A stretch of DNA of 64,000 bases from Camelus ferus (taxonomy: Eukaryota). Made by a program: the position numbers and the translations under genes. Location of the stretch: positions 9,612,001 to 9,676,000 of the forward strand of contig NC_045697.1 of the NCBI RefSeq assembly GCF_009834535.1. Direction: 5' to 3'. Below, piece after piece: positions 37,360-50,863 of this stretch (positions are counted from its first letter, which is position 1; each line of letters starts with the position of its first letter). The notes beneath the pieces were generated by a model, which did not search any database, was not told where the DNA came from, and worked only from the letters and a program-made list of their open reading frames with translations.

Positions 37360-37792
37360 ATTAAGTGGTTCCCACAAAAAGACAAGTCCACGATCAAACA
37401 TCCAGAACCCATGAATGTCCCCTCCCTTGGAAAAGGGTCTTTGCTGATGTGATTAAGTCCAGGATCTTGAGATGAGGGCATTTCTGGGACTACCTAGGTG
37501 GGCCCTAAATCAAAGGACAAGGGTCCTTACAAGAGACACACAGAGGAGAAGGCAACATGAAAAGATGGAACAGAAAAAGAAGTGGTCACAGGCCAAGGGA
37601 TGCCAACAGCAGCTGGAGGCAGGGAGAGGCAAGGACGGATTCTCCCCTAGAGGCTCCAGCAGGCGCACAGACCTGCGGCCTCCTTGACTTCAGACTTCCA
37701 GCCTCCGGAGGACTTTGAGGGAATAAGCTTCTGATGTTCTAAGCCGCCCAGTTTATGGTTCTTTGTTATAGAAGCCTCAGGAAACGAATACA
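37360..37792 (+). mobile_element. MLT1B/C-like MaLR solo LTR
   Basis: ggaaaagggtctttgctgatgtgattaag...cacaggccaagggatgcc...aggcaaggacggattctcccctagagg...cagacttccagcctcc...ctttgttatagaagcctcaggaaacgaataca. Confidence 0.9.
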
Positions 37793-38019
37793 GTGGTGAA
37801 CAGGCTTCAAACCCAAGTTTGTCTGGCTTTGCTCTGTAATTTGGGATGGATTATTTACAATTCTGAGACTTCATCTTCTAAGCTGTAAAAGGGGGCCAAA
37901 GCAAAGATGGAGTGAGGTAACGTGCTCATGTCAAGTGCCTAGGAACAAGCCCTCGGCCATACCTTACTGGGAGCTCATGGATTAAGGAGGACACAGGAAG
38001 AATTGAACTTCAGGAGGCC

Positions 38020-38200
38020 ATGAAGCTTGGATTCAGAAGACCTGACAACCTGCTCTGCCATTTCTTAGCTGTGTGGTTTCAGTCAACTTACTGAACCTCT
38101 CTGAGTCTGAGGATCCTCATTAGTAAAATGGAGATAACATCTACCCACATATAATGTCTGTTACAGATGTCAAAGGAGAGCAAGTTGAAATGCGGCACAA
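38020..38200 (+). mobile_element. MIR SINE
   Basis: ttagctgtgtggtttcagtcaacttactgaacctctctgagtctgagg...gtaaaatggagataac. Confidence 0.8.
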
Positions 38201-39149
38201 TAAAGATTAGCGCAGTCAGTTTTCCTTTCTTCCTTCTTAGTGGCTCAGAATTAGTGGCAAAAGCCCAGATTCTCTGCCTTGGACGAGTTAGCTATGTATA
38301 AGGCGGGATGTGCCTACGTCGTTTTTAAATATTCAGTGAAAAGTCCAGTTCTCTGAACCCCAGATGGTGTCCACAGGGCATCCAGGCTGAGCTAATCGCT
38401 GGAGACTCAGAGTTGAATACGGATGAGCAGAACTCATTTTACCAACTTAAAATTCTCTCAGTATTCATGATTTGAGCACTCTGAACTGAACTTGAACCCT
38501 TTGGCATTCGAATTGGCTTATACAGTTTTGATTGCAAGAAAAGAGAATTTTAAAAAGTCATTAAACAAGGTGAAGAGCCTTATTGGACACGAATTGGCTC
38601 TTAAAGAGTATTACAATGATATAAAGCTCAAATGGGTCAGAAATTTATGAAAGTCATTTCCCTTAAATAAAACATGATTTTAAATATTCAAGGGAGAACA
38701 CTTTGCAAAATGCACTGGGTGTTTTTAAACATCTGAAGGACTGAAAGAGTTTTTGCTCATTCCAAAGACACTGCGCTGGATGTCAGGACCACTGCATCAG
38801 AACCGAGGGCTCCACAGAGGTCAAGGCTTACGTGCCAAGCCACCTGCACGGCCCTGTTGGTCCCAGGACAAAGCCACACCAACCACTCCTTGTCTGTCCA
38901 ACCAAAAAGGCCACTTAATATCTGGACATTAAACACACAGATTGGGAGTTTCAGTTTGTACTGGATATACCATATTGGAATTGCCTGCTCTTGAAACAGA
39001 ATGTGAACTGCTTGAGGGCAAATAATGGGCCTTTTTCACTGTTATATTTTCCAACACTTAACACAATGAGGCAGCAATAAGTGGGGAACAGATGGATGAG
39101 CAGGGAGTAAAAGAAAGAAGGAAGAAAGGAAGGGAGATAAAATATCTAT

Positions 39150-39151
39150 AC

Positions 39152-39199
<48 letters not shown>

Positions 39200-39201
39200 G
39201 T

Positions 39202-39243
<42 letters not shown>

Positions 39244-39251
39244 GTAGATAG
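39150..39251. repeat. Interrupted (GATA)n microsatellite in a purine-rich low-complexity tract (~39085-39380, includes (GGAT)n)
   Basis: Two (GATA)n runs separated by ggt at about 39199-39202; (GGAT)n at about 39337-39366. Confidence 0.97.
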
Positions 39252-39705
39252 AAGGGTAAATGTACTGAAGGGTGTATGAATAAAAGGATGGAAGAATGTA
39301 TGGTGGATGGATGAAAAAGAGGAAGAAAGGGAAAGATGGATGGATGGATGGATGGAAGGATGGATGATTAGATGCAGATAGTATCTACCCAGGAATTGCT
39401 ATTTGAATGAATTACCTAATTATTCCATACTTGAAGATTCTTGTCCCAAGTTTCTATTTCTCTTCCAAAAGATTGCATTTGCCCTCAAAACAGGGACCTA
39501 TAATGCCTCAATTCCAAAATAATATACTACATATTTATATTCTTTCTAGTTAACAAAGAATAAGTGGCAATGAACAAAGCAACTTGGGGTCAGAGAACCT
39601 ATGCTCCGATCCAGACCCTGACACCTCCAGGCCACATGGCCTCGGCTACGTCACTAGGGACCTGAGTTCTGTGTCATTATTTCTAAAATAGCGGTGTGAT
39701 AATAC

Positions 39706-40125
39706 TGTTAGCTGACTATCAAGCAAACATTTCCCCTTTTCTTTGCTAACAGTATTTTCATTTGATTCAGAAGCAATTTGCCCAATCCCAGGGGTAAATC
39801 ATGATTGGTTTATGTCATAGATCTCACTCATGTTTGCCAGTGACCCAGTTCTGGCCAATGAGAGATAAGGAGAAGTCCAGAACTTCTGGGGATAAAAAGA
39901 AACAACTGCCTCAGGAGAACGCCCCTGGGTCCTCAGCCTTCCACTTCCTGCTTTGGGTTGTGTTGTATGAACCCCGAAAGCTTGGAGCTGTGGCAGCAGC
40001 AATTCTATAAACATGAAGAGAAAGACAAGGAATTTAAACAAGGCTGACCCATACTTTTGACATTGTTGGGGCTGACAGTTCAAATCCAGAATCTACCTAC
40101 TTTCATCTTCTTGCTATTTGAGACT
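39706..40125 (+). mobile_element. MLT1K/L-like MaLR LTR
   Basis: cccaggggtaaatcatgattggttta...gtgacccagttctggccaatgagagataagg...gcttggagctgtggcagc. Confidence 0.75.
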
Positions 40126-43100
40126 TATGAAAAATGGGTATCACCTATCATACTTTCCATCTGTCAGGTACTGTTCTATGTAAATTAATTCATCTAATTC
40201 TCACAACTACAGCTATTACTATATCTATGTCACTGCTGAAAATAAAAGACACAGAGAGGTTAAGAAACTTGCCCAAGATGACCACTAGTAAATGGCAGAA
40301 GTCAGATTTGAATGTAGGCAATGGCCATCCATGGAACCATCCCACCATACTGCTTTCTTTTCTTTGCTAATTGTTTAATTTTGGATCCAGCCAAAACTAA
40401 GTTATTCAAAGTTATACAAAGCCTATCTTTCTATCTTACATAATTTTTGTCAACACATATTGGTGCCAGTGCATCATGTAACCTTCAAAGCAACTCTAAG
40501 AAATACCTAATATTATTCTCCAATGTAAAAATTAGGAAAATGATGCCTACAAAAGTTGAGTCATCTGCCAAAGCCCACACAACAGGTAAATGGCCGACCA
40601 GGGATGGACATGGGTGGAACCCTGGTTCCCCTGGCTCTGAAGTTTGTTCATTTTCCCTTGCAATGCCCTGCCTCCCTATGAGATGCTGATTTCTTTGCAC
40701 AGTGATAAGGAGGCCCAAAGGAGTCCTTAGTGATGATAATGAAAACTGAATTCTAGGTTGAAAATAGTCCAGCAGGCCAGTGAACGGATTTGGGAGCAAA
40801 CCCCAGAGGGATGTTCAATACTTTCAAATGTTCCTGCAGTCTACTCTCCAACAATCCAGCTCCTGAAATGTTACCTCTTTCTCCAGCTTTATGATTCAGA
40901 AAGACACATTCTCCCTTTGGGGCTTAGCACTTACGCTTTCAGAATTCATGTTCTTTCCCCGGCATGGGTCGTTTAAGCCTTGCTGCTGAGAATACACTAC
41001 CAGCCCCCATCATGTGTATAAACCGAATTGGTCCTTACAATGCCCTGAACTAAGCTGGTTACACTTGGAAGGGGCTGAGATGGAGGTAGAAAGTGAATAA
41101 GTCAATGGAGGGACCAAAGGATGGGGAGTGGCCAAGAATCAGAGGCCCTGTGATCTGGAAAGCACCAAAGATCATCTGCTTTATTACCTTCAGTTCACAG
41201 ATAGTGGATGTGAGACTCAGAGATACCCATTAATAATTGCCACTTTCCTCCATACATCACATACTGTGATGTTAGTATTCATTTTATCTTTACAAAATAC
41301 CTGAGCAGTAGGTAGTATTTCAAAGACAAAACTAGTGCTCAGAAAGAACGGGTGATTTACCCGAGGTCACAGAGCTGATAAGTGGTATAGACAAGCTACG
41401 CAGGCAGGATTTCTCTCCTCAGACAAATGCTCTTTGCAGGTGCTGTGCTTGTGGAAATCCCTAAGGAGGGGCTGACATTGAAAAAAGAAATCAGGGAGTG
41501 AGGAGGGGAAAGTCTAAAAGAACACTAGAGTGGAGGAGGGACTCAAGGGTCTGGCTTGATGGAAAGTACAGTCCCTGAGGAAAGCAAGAAAGAAGTGTGC
41601 CTGTGTGCATGGTTGGAGTGGAGGAAAGGGACCAAGGCTTTAGCCTTATCAGATGTTCACAGCCATCTATTAAGGTCTGTTAAGTACTACTGGTTTTGTG
41701 AGATTGAGGGGTGGGGGCAGCCATTAGGAAATCTCTCCAAGTCACAGGACAAGGTAATGATCAATAAAGAGGCTACTGTGTGCATGTGTGTGTCTTTGCT
41801 TTTTCAAAGCCCACTGTCTGTGTTTTTCCCATTAGGTGAAGTTTCTTCACAGTTTTTGAAAAGTTCTAAGAAGTTACCTGACAAAAGAATGGAAAAAGAA
41901 ATTGCAAACAGAAATATGAGTGCCATGAAGTTCAGAAGGCACCACTGTGCCTTAGTCGTGAGTGGCGGGTGGGTGGGTGGACGGAACACTGTCTGGCTCC
42001 GGCCACACACTTTTGGTGCCCTTGTTGAGATTATGAAGCAGTCAACCCACCTGTGAGCTTCCTTCTCACTGAAATTAAAATCTAACCAATAGCATCTCTG
42101 CCAGCTGTTTCTTCTCCCCAAGACAGTTTCAGCAGGGAGGGAGCAGGTCATGTGACAGAGCTTAAGAGTTAATTATAAGCTTCTGGGTGCTGCTTCTCCA
42201 CTCCCTGTGGTGATACTGGTGAGCCCTGCCTTGCTCTGAGGTTGTTTTCCTACCTGTAAAGTGGGATGGACGGTAACCACCCCTGCTGCCTTTCTCTCCT
42301 CTGCACTTCAGCCCTGCCAGCCCTCCTCAACCCTGCCCTCCAACCTGAGCCACTGGCTTTGGCACACAACACTCCTTTAGCTGGGACCTCTCCCCAACCC
42401 TTCCCTCATGCTACATTTCCCTAGACACGTCTCTTGACCCTCATAAACCCTTTGGGGTTCACCAGAGCGGCTGCTTGATGTCCTCTTTCCCCCATATCAA
42501 GACTGAAAGTTTCCCCAGGGTAAGGGATCATGTCTGCTGTTGTTTATCATTATTACCCAGAGCTCAAGCCCTGTTCCCCACACATAATGGGCACTCAAAA
42601 AATAATGTATCTTTAACTATTGAGTTTCTATCAAAGGGTTGCTGTAAGGATCAAAGAATTTAATGTATCTAAAAGAGTTGTTTAAAACTCTTCCCTTTTT
42701 TTTTTTTTAGCACCAAATAAATGTGAATTATGATCATTGTCTTGGAGACAATGTGTATCCAAATTCAGTCATGTGGGGTGCGCTGTGGTTTTGAGAGCAC
42801 CCTACTCTCACTTTTGACACACTCAAATCCTACTTCCTTGACCTTGAGCAGGAGAGGTGACCTATGAGAATGCACACAAAGCATTAGCTCGTTGCCTGAG
42901 AAATTGTGAACACTCCATTAATGACAGTTCTCTTTCCTTCCATTTGGTTTATTGGGTTGTTGTGAAGAAAACTTGAGACCATGGTCATAAAATATCCTTA
43001 TAGAGTTGGGGCATCATTTGACATTACTCCTTGTTTTCAGGGGACGTTCCAGACATCCTTAACTTGATTTCAGATGATTTAACGGAGACAGTTTCACCTT

Positions 43101-43599
43101 ACTGAGCAGATGGGAAGACCTCTTCTCCATGCTCTGGTTTCTTGTTCCACTTTACCTCTCTCTGAGGTGTAATCATTTACCTGTTTGATAGCAGTAGGCG
43201 TTGGTCCTTTGGATGGAGCTAATCTACAAAGATAGTAAGTCCCGGGGATTTGGTCTCTCACCCCTTCCCCATCTGCACCAGTGAAAGGAGGGACCTCAAT
43301 TAGAAGATCTGGGCTGTAGACTCAAACTTTACCAGGGTGTGCTCTGCCAAGACAGGGGGTTGGAAGTCAGCAAGCCCATTTTCAGTTTCACTCTAATAGG
43401 CCCTTCTATGTAGACTGTATCGATAAAAAGTTTAACACGTTGGCTCTCCATCTGCTGTTTCTCAATTGTTACAAAACTCTGGCTGTGGAGAGGGGTACTA
43501 ATTATTGACCCAGTCATAGACCCTAAAACTGTCCCTATGCCTTATATCTCATTTTCTAGCACAATGCCAGACATTTAATAAGCACTCACTTCAGGAATG

Positions 43600-43862
43600 A
43601 ATAATATGATCTAACATTTACTGAATGCTTATCGTGTGCTAGACACTGTCTAAAGTACTTCACACTTTGTTGTTTTTTTGCTTAATCCTTGTAGCAACCC
43701 CTTGAGGCTGGTTTTAGTTCTACCTTTCTCATTGGACAGAGCAGTAAGTGGAGGAACAGAGTTTATGAAGCGTACCCAACGCCACACCGTCAGTAAGTGG
43801 CAGATGTGGGATTCAAATCCTGTCAGCATGACCCCACTAAATGCATGGTTAGCCACTACACA
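43600..43862 (-). mobile_element. MIR SINE (near full length)
   Basis: ctaacatttactgaatgcttatcgtgtgctagacactgtctaaagtactt...cttaatccttgtagcaaccc...agtaagtggcagatgtgggattcaaatcc. Confidence 0.85.
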
Positions 43863-44118
43863 GTAAAGCCGACTGAGGAAGATGCCTGTAAATGTCATTT
43901 CCCTTCGGTTACAGGGCAAAGAATCTGTAAACGTGCTCAAGAAAAAGAAATCTTGGTTATTTGAAGAATCACAAACTCGATGACTTGGGAATTGAGTGTG
44001 AGAGAAAAACATTTATTTAATATAAATTTAGTTTTTATGCCTAACATTATGAAAACAATGGGGTAGTTGAGAGAATAGTCCCTGTTTTACATTCATGTAT
44101 TTAGAAGTTGTAAATAGC

Positions 44119-44355
<237 letters not shown>

Positions 44356-45312
44356 AGAAGTCGTTAAGTAGAAATAATGGGAAGTACCAGGACAGGTAGA
44401 AGGATCTCCGCATCTCGGGATCACTCAGACCATCAGAAGTGGCTTGCCTGGGAAAGCACCCTTTAGATCTGCTCCTCTCCAAGCCCGTATGCGTTGAGTC
44501 TCACCTAAGCCTATCCTGCATTTCGGTTCATCCATGCTGAAAATTGTTCCCATGGGCCTGATCACTTTAAGGCAAGGTCATCTAATGTCTGTTTCATAGA
44601 TAAGCAGACCAACTGGCAGCCACACTCTCAGCATTTTCTCGTAAGACTCGCTCATTTATTTCCAAGCTTGTTCAAATCAATCTTTCAAAAAGATCTAATG
44701 TAGTGGGTGTATCTGTTTTACTGTAAGATTTTAAAAATTAACAGGTCTCCTGCTGGTCTCTGATCCTTCTGTCTTGAGTCTGAGGGAATTGACTTCTTTG
44801 TAAAAGAGAATCACAAAACAAGTGGAAGGCAGTTAAATGACCCTCCACTTGTCCAGTCCCGCTTATGACCAATCCAAGAGCTGGCATGAGTCACCACGGG
44901 CATGAAGCACTGAGCTGCACTCTATTAAGTCAGAGTGCCTGACTAGTTGCCAGGTACATGGATAAACTTGACTGTGTGGTTTCAGGACTCTCCCTGGTTG
45001 TGAAATTTGTGACATGTCACCATGCTTCCTTTGTACTCAACATGAATTATAGCTGACATTCTTCGGACTCTTTCCCTGGGAGAAGGGAGGCGTTATCCTT
45101 CTGGGGCTGGCACATCAAGGGCCACCTTTAAACCTTTGAAGGATGTAGGCACTCTTGTTTTCAGAGGCCTTCAGCATACTTTTTCATAATAAAATGTATC
45201 TATGCCCCATGATGGCTCTATTGCTTCACTCAGGAAATTGCTAAGGATGATAAAGCTAATTCTGAATTTGTTTTGTTATAAATTATTGACTTTTTCCTTT
45301 TGGTTTAAGTTT

Positions 45313-45337
45313 TGTGTGTGTGTGTGTGTGTGTGTGT
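45313..45337. repeat. (TG)n microsatellite
   Basis: About 12 TG units. Confidence 0.95.
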
Positions 45338-46737
45338 CTGTGTCTGTACATTGAGTAGGCCAGCTGATATAATGTAAAATTTTATAAACGTTAAATTAGC
45401 ATATATTCATTTTTCCTTTGAAGTTTTCTTTTTGCCCTTTGGAGTTGCTATGTTTTTTTCAGATATCAGACATTTTTTATTTAAACCCATGAAACACTCA
45501 CAGGCCCCGATTCAATATTTTGGATGTCTAATGGCTGAACTGGGGCAGCCTACAGTCCCTTCCACTTGGCATGCTGATGGTAAGAACATTTTCATGGAGG
45601 TGTCATTTGATGCAAATCTCTCAGGACAGGCCCCTGCTGTAGGGGCCACATCTGTCTGTGCAGGGGGCCTCCACACAGTGGGGCCTCAGGACACTGTTGC
45701 CACGTTGGTGTCCACTTTCGTTGTCTCTCACATTGTCTATGAGAGATCATTTCTAGTTTTCACCAGATGGGGAGCTGCTAAAACAACACAAATCTTGCTA
45801 CCTGTCTTTCTTTCTCCTTCCGCAAAAACTCATCAACTCAAATGCCACTTCACGGTAGACTTAGAATGTTCTTTTAAATAGGGCTGGAACGTGAAGGTTG
45901 GTGCAGAACTTCAAACTTAGAATGTTATTTTCTGGGGCTATAGCTCAGCCATGAAATTTTGCTCCAGGCAGATTTCAACACGCTAGATCTGAGCTAGAAG
46001 ATAATGTTTCATGCATTTATTTCACTTTAAAACCAGAAGGGTTTTTTTAATATTATTTTTCTGCACATAAATGCTAGGCAAAGACCATTCTCCCACAACA
46101 AAATCGGGTCCAATGGGCAGTGGAATGTTCGATCTATTCTTTTTTTCATGAGAAGAAAACTGACTTTATTGAAGAACTAGCCCATTATTTTCTTCTTAAC
46201 CTTATAACAACCTTGAGAAGGGTAAATAGCATCATCCCCATTTTACAGATGGGGAAGCTAGTGCGCAGAAAGATTAAAAACATTGACCAGAATCAAACAT
46301 AAATGACTCATCAGAGCCAAAATTTAAAGTCAATCCTTGCCTTTCTTCAGTTGTACAAAGCTACCTCATGAGCTGATGGAGGAAGACACTAAAAGGAAAT
46401 ACAGTCTGTGTATTGTACTGGCTGGTTGTGTTGGTTCTGGGAGAATTTTACCATCAAGGAAATTAGATTCAAGTGTGCACTGCAGCTACGAGTTGGAGGT
46501 CTGGTTTTTGGTGACTTTGTTGTCCACATTCATTGTGCAGAAGGGCTAATTGCCTTAGTTGCCATGTTGCCATTTTGCAGTGGATTTGCATCTGTCTCTT
46601 AACTCTCACTCCCTTTCTGTTCTTCCCCTTACCACTTCATTCCTAGATTCTTGCAGTGGCCTGTGGTTAACCTCGTTAGTTCCAGTACTTTCTCCTTCTC
46701 CTCCCTTACTTCTAAGTCAGCAGTATTAGGTTAGTAT

Positions 46738-47145
46738 GTGGTGGACACTGCCATGTGCTGCTCAGATGCCCCTTTAGTTGCTGTCCCAGCCTGTAGCTAT
46801 CTGCCCCTTCAGGGATGTCTTGGGTGCAGAGATGTCCCCTCAGTCAAGGTCATAATCCTTCCTGGGAGCCCCACATCCAATAATTGATCCGTGTGTGACT
46901 GCAAAACCTCCCTGCCATCTTGCCCTGAATCAGGATAACTCCAAAGAGCTGTTCTAGCTCCAGAGGTCCTTGTAGGGTTGGATGAGGCTGCCAGGTCTGC
47001 ATCACAGCTCAGCAACTCCCCCTGCCCAGTCCTGCTTCCTTCTTCTGCCTTCCCCAGGTGTTCAACCCGAGACAACCGTTCAATAAACATCTCAAGGGTT
47101 CAACCATTTTTTAGAGTTGGTTTCCCAGAGAATCCAACCTACCAT
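46738..47145 (+). mobile_element. LTR16-like ERVL solo LTR
   Basis: Starts tgtggtgg; gccccacatccaataattgatc; gttctagctccagagg; ccctgcccagtcctgcttcctt; AATAAA at 47082; gttggtttcccagagaatccaacc. Confidence 0.8.
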
Positions 47146-47274
47146 GCCTTGGGCGGTGGGCAGAAAGGGATGAAGGGAAGAAGAAAGTGAAAAAAACAAG
47201 CTAGATAGAAAAGGAAGGAAGCAAATTAAGCAGGTTCATTTATTTTAATTAACTGTATTTGTCTCTCCTTCCAG

Positions 47275-47460
47275 TTCTTCCTTCAGCTCTACTGCTGACA
47301 CTATTTCCAGTGATATTTGAACATTTGACCAAAAACAACCTCTGTGATGAGGATGTTATTTGTTTAGAAATAGTATTCATAGACTAAAACACAATGCTAT
47401 AAAAAGATATTCACAGCCATGGTCTGCTCAGCTGATTTTGCCCACATCTGACCAAAATAG
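47275..47460 (+). other. Candidate internal non-coding exon (186 nt)
   Basis: Branch-like ttaac at 47249-47253, pyrimidine tract tttgtctctccttc and CAG ending 47274; consensus donor AG|GTAAGT at 47460/47461; stops in all three frames. Confidence 0.35.
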
Positions 47461-48849
47461 GTAAGTGATGTCTACACGGTTGCAGACACACACAATTCTG
47501 TGTGTCCTTTGACACAGATACTGTAACAGCAGCGCACGTTTCCTTAAGGATCATCTAGGACTATGTTGTGGAGTAAGGTGCACATAAATCTATTTCACTG
47601 AACAAGAGGCTTAAGCAGCAATATTCACTCCAATCTACCAATTGCCTACTATGTAGTCTAACATTTATTTCTGATGACCACATGTACAAATGCGTAGCCA
47701 GGCGTGACAGGGAGAAGAGTGTCTGTTCTGGCCCAGACTGAACTGCTTTTCCATTTTGTACTGACCACGTTCCACTGGTCCCATTCTGTGTTCTCATACC
47801 GCTGTGGCCGTGTGACCTGTGGTGGCCTTTCCTGGTTTCAAGGCCCACATTCCCAGCTTTTGCCTGTATGTTTGCTGCCAGTTTAGTTTACAACTCATCT
47901 TAAACAATTGGATTAGACAGCTTGGTCCATGCAATGCTCCACAGATATCTACCCGTAATTATCCCTTGGCCTGAGAGCATCCGTTCTGTCCGCATGGCCT
48001 TGCAGCCCACTGACTGTATCTGTCTCCCTGATCTGAGCACTCGGTGTTCTGAGTGCTCTCTTTGTGCTTCATGCCACACCTTTGGGTTCCACCCACGATA
48101 TATGTTGAAGTGAGTCATCTGTGCTCATAACAGGTCTTCTGTAGATAGAAATAGACGCCGTGGCATTTTTGAGTTTCAACATTTGCACCCCTGGCTGCTA
48201 GGCTGGGCATTAGCTTAGTCTGGGGTCTCTGCAACCGAGGGTGTCACACCCAGGATGGTGCAGGCCCCACTAGCTTGCTGTCCCCACTGACCATCCCGGA
48301 GGACGCTGGCTCTTTGGTTTGGTGCTCCCAACTTCTCTGCTCCTGGGGCACTAGGCCCCCTGCCATTCACCGTCTCGTGCTTTTCTACCCAGTTTAAGTG
48401 TGACCCTGCTGGGGGGGTCTTTGCGAGGAAGCAATAAACAGCTCTCCTCTTTCTTGTCTAAGTTCCAAACCAGTGGAGAAATAAAACAAAGGAAGCAGGT
48501 AAATGGGGCCAAAGTTGGACTGCTCTTAAGCTGGTATTAGAGAATTTGGCTTATGTCCACAGACATTTGGACCTCCTAATACTGAATCCCTGGACTGGTC
48601 AGAAGTGTGCACTAGCCACGCAGCTCTAAACAAGGGCAAATCCAATTCAGGAGGGGCTGGGTGGGACACATGCCCCACTTTCCACCCCCCGAGAGAGAGA
48701 CAGAGACAGAGAGAGAAGCTTCTACACATGGCCAGTTTCTCCCTCTAAACTCTCCAGTGAGTCGAGTTACTCCTCTCCTCTGGGGAGGAGGTCAGGAGTG
48801 AGATAGCAATGGATTTTTCTCTACATGGATTAAAAACACCAAGAGTAGC

Positions 48850-49105
48850 TAACACTAGAATCAAATAACCATTCTCTGCGGCATCCTATGTGCTAGGCAC
48901 TGTTCTAAGTTTGGTGCTTTTTTTTAACCTATTTAATCATCATGACAACTATGTTAAGTAGGGACTAGGTCCTAACCTCCATTTCAACAGATGAGAAAAC
49001 TGAGGCACAGAGAGGCTAATGAGCTTGCCTGAGGCCCTCTGCCAGTAAGCGGTGTAGCCAGGATTTGAACCCTGGAAGTTAGCTTCCAGAACCAAGACTC
49101 CTAGC
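48850..49105 (-). mobile_element. MIR SINE (near full length)
   Basis: tatgtgctaggcactgttctaag...cagatgagaaaactgaggcacagagaggctaatgagcttgcctgagg...gccaggatttgaaccctgg. Confidence 0.9.
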
Positions 49106-49519
49106 CGCCAAGCTATGGCAGGTTCAGAATCTTCCAGGGATGCAAGGTGGCTCTTCCCCAACACTCCCCTTCCCTGCAGTCCAGCTCTGCCCACCCTTCC
49201 CGGCAAGGCGCAAGTTCTGTTCCTCCAAGTCTTCTTGCTACCAAGCTCCTTAAGGCCTTCTCACTTCGTAGGTCTCCAGGACTTTGGCCTTCACATTTAA
49301 ACTCACTCCTCACAGCCTGAACACTGTAACCTTTGTTCAAGCAGGACAGAAACTAAGGGATGCCAGGGTGAAGCCACTGAGAGGTAAGGTCTGATTGGTT
49401 CTGATCTGTGATGAGATAACTTCAGGGGGATGAAATGACGTAGAGAAAAAAGGGCAAAAAGCAGAGTCTGATGTGCATCTTGCAAGTCACTGAACACTCA
49501 ATGATCTCCTGCCACGTGG

Positions 49520-50300
49520 TATTTTTATGAGAGCCTGCTCTGTGCTGGGCAGTGTTCTGAGTCCCAGGGAGAGAGGGCTGAAAACAAAACACACAAGCCA
49601 GCAAACAAAACCGCCCTGCTCTCAGAAAGCTTTTTACCTAGTCAGGAGGCCCAGCTCCAAGTTGACAATCACACAAGTGCACAGGATTAAGTATTAGGAA
49701 AAAAACCAGAAAGGTGCTATGTGAACAAAGTTTAGGGGAGGTGGCAAGACAACCTTCCCTCGGGCCATTTAGCTCCAAGTTGGAGGATGAGTAGTTACTC
49801 ACTGTTTTAATATTGGTTAGAGCAGGGGGCACCTTCCAGGCAGAGGGGAGGTAATGCATAAAGGTTTTGAGGCAGGAGGCCACGTGGAATGACAGGCAGC
49901 CCCCATGGCTGGTGCCAAGCAGAAGTTGGATTAAACAAGGCTGGAAAGGTAGGCAGTGCCTGTGAAGGACTTGGGGAAAGATCGTAAGAGCAATGGGAGG
50001 CTTTGCTTCCTGTGTCATTCATTGAATTTATCCATTCAACACACATTTTTGCAAAATCTACGAGGTGCCAGGATCTGTGCTGAATTTCGCGGACATACAA
50101 AGATGAGCAAGACAGAACCCCCCACTCCCTCCATTTATCAGCTGTGGGGAGTAGACAGGGTAAAGGGTAATTATAATGTTTTATTGTGGTGAGACGGACT
50201 TGTCTCAAGTACTACAAAAACACAAAATGGACTTTTAACCACATCCACTCAAGGAAACAAGGATGAAAAGAGAACCAACCAGGCTGTTTCTAGCAGAGGG
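49520..50300 (-). mobile_element. L2 3' fragments (two pieces)
   Basis: gagcctgctctgtgctgggcagtgttctgag; cattcattgaatttatccattcaacacacattt...ggtgccagg. Confidence 0.7.
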
Positions 50301-50442
50301 CAGGGTATGTGCCCCAAAGAGCCAGTGGGTCAGGAGCCTCCATACAAATGGGTAAAGGGCTGTGGATGACCTGTCAGGTGAACAGGAATTAAAAGGAAAA
50401 GGGCCCTACATATCATTCGGACATGTTCAGACTTTATCTCAT

Positions 50443-50863
50443 TGAATTAGTCTGCTCAGATTGTTATAAAAAAAAAAAATACCACAATCTGGATGGCTTA
50501 GAAACAGAAATGTATTTTCTCAGTGTTCTGGAGGCTATAAAGTCTCCTATCAAGGGTCTATTCCTGGTGAGAGCTCTCTTCCTGACTTGCAGACGGCCAC
50601 CTTCTCTCTGTGTCTTCACATGACACAGAGAGAGAGGGAGGGAAGGAGGGAGAAGAGGAGAGAGAGGGAGGGAGGAAGGGAGAGAGAGAAAGAGATCTGG
50701 TGTATTTTCTTATAAGGCTATCAATCCTATCAGATCTGGGTACCACCTGTATGATCTCATTTAATCTTAATTAACTCCTAAAATCCCTATCTCGAAAGGC
50801 AGTCACATCGAGGTCAGGGTTTCAGTATATGAATCTGAGAGAGACACAATCCAATCCATAGCA
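50443..50863 (-). mobile_element. MLT1A-like MaLR solo LTR with internal purine tract
   Basis: ttagtctgctcag...ggcttagaaacagaaatgtattttctcagtgttctggaggct...ttcctggtgagagctctcttcctgacttgcagacggccaccttctc...ccatagca; near-TSD CTCAT and TTCAT. Confidence 0.9.

Noticed and set aside
41556..42056. Longest ORF in the window (166 aa)
   Set aside because: Non-ATG start, no recognisable domain or coding-like composition; length is plausible by chance in 64 kb
48035..48058. Hairpin GAGCACTCGG-TGTT-CTGAGTGCTC as a miRNA or terminator
   Set aside because: The 10-bp stem is too short for a pre-miRNA and the flanks do not extend the pairing
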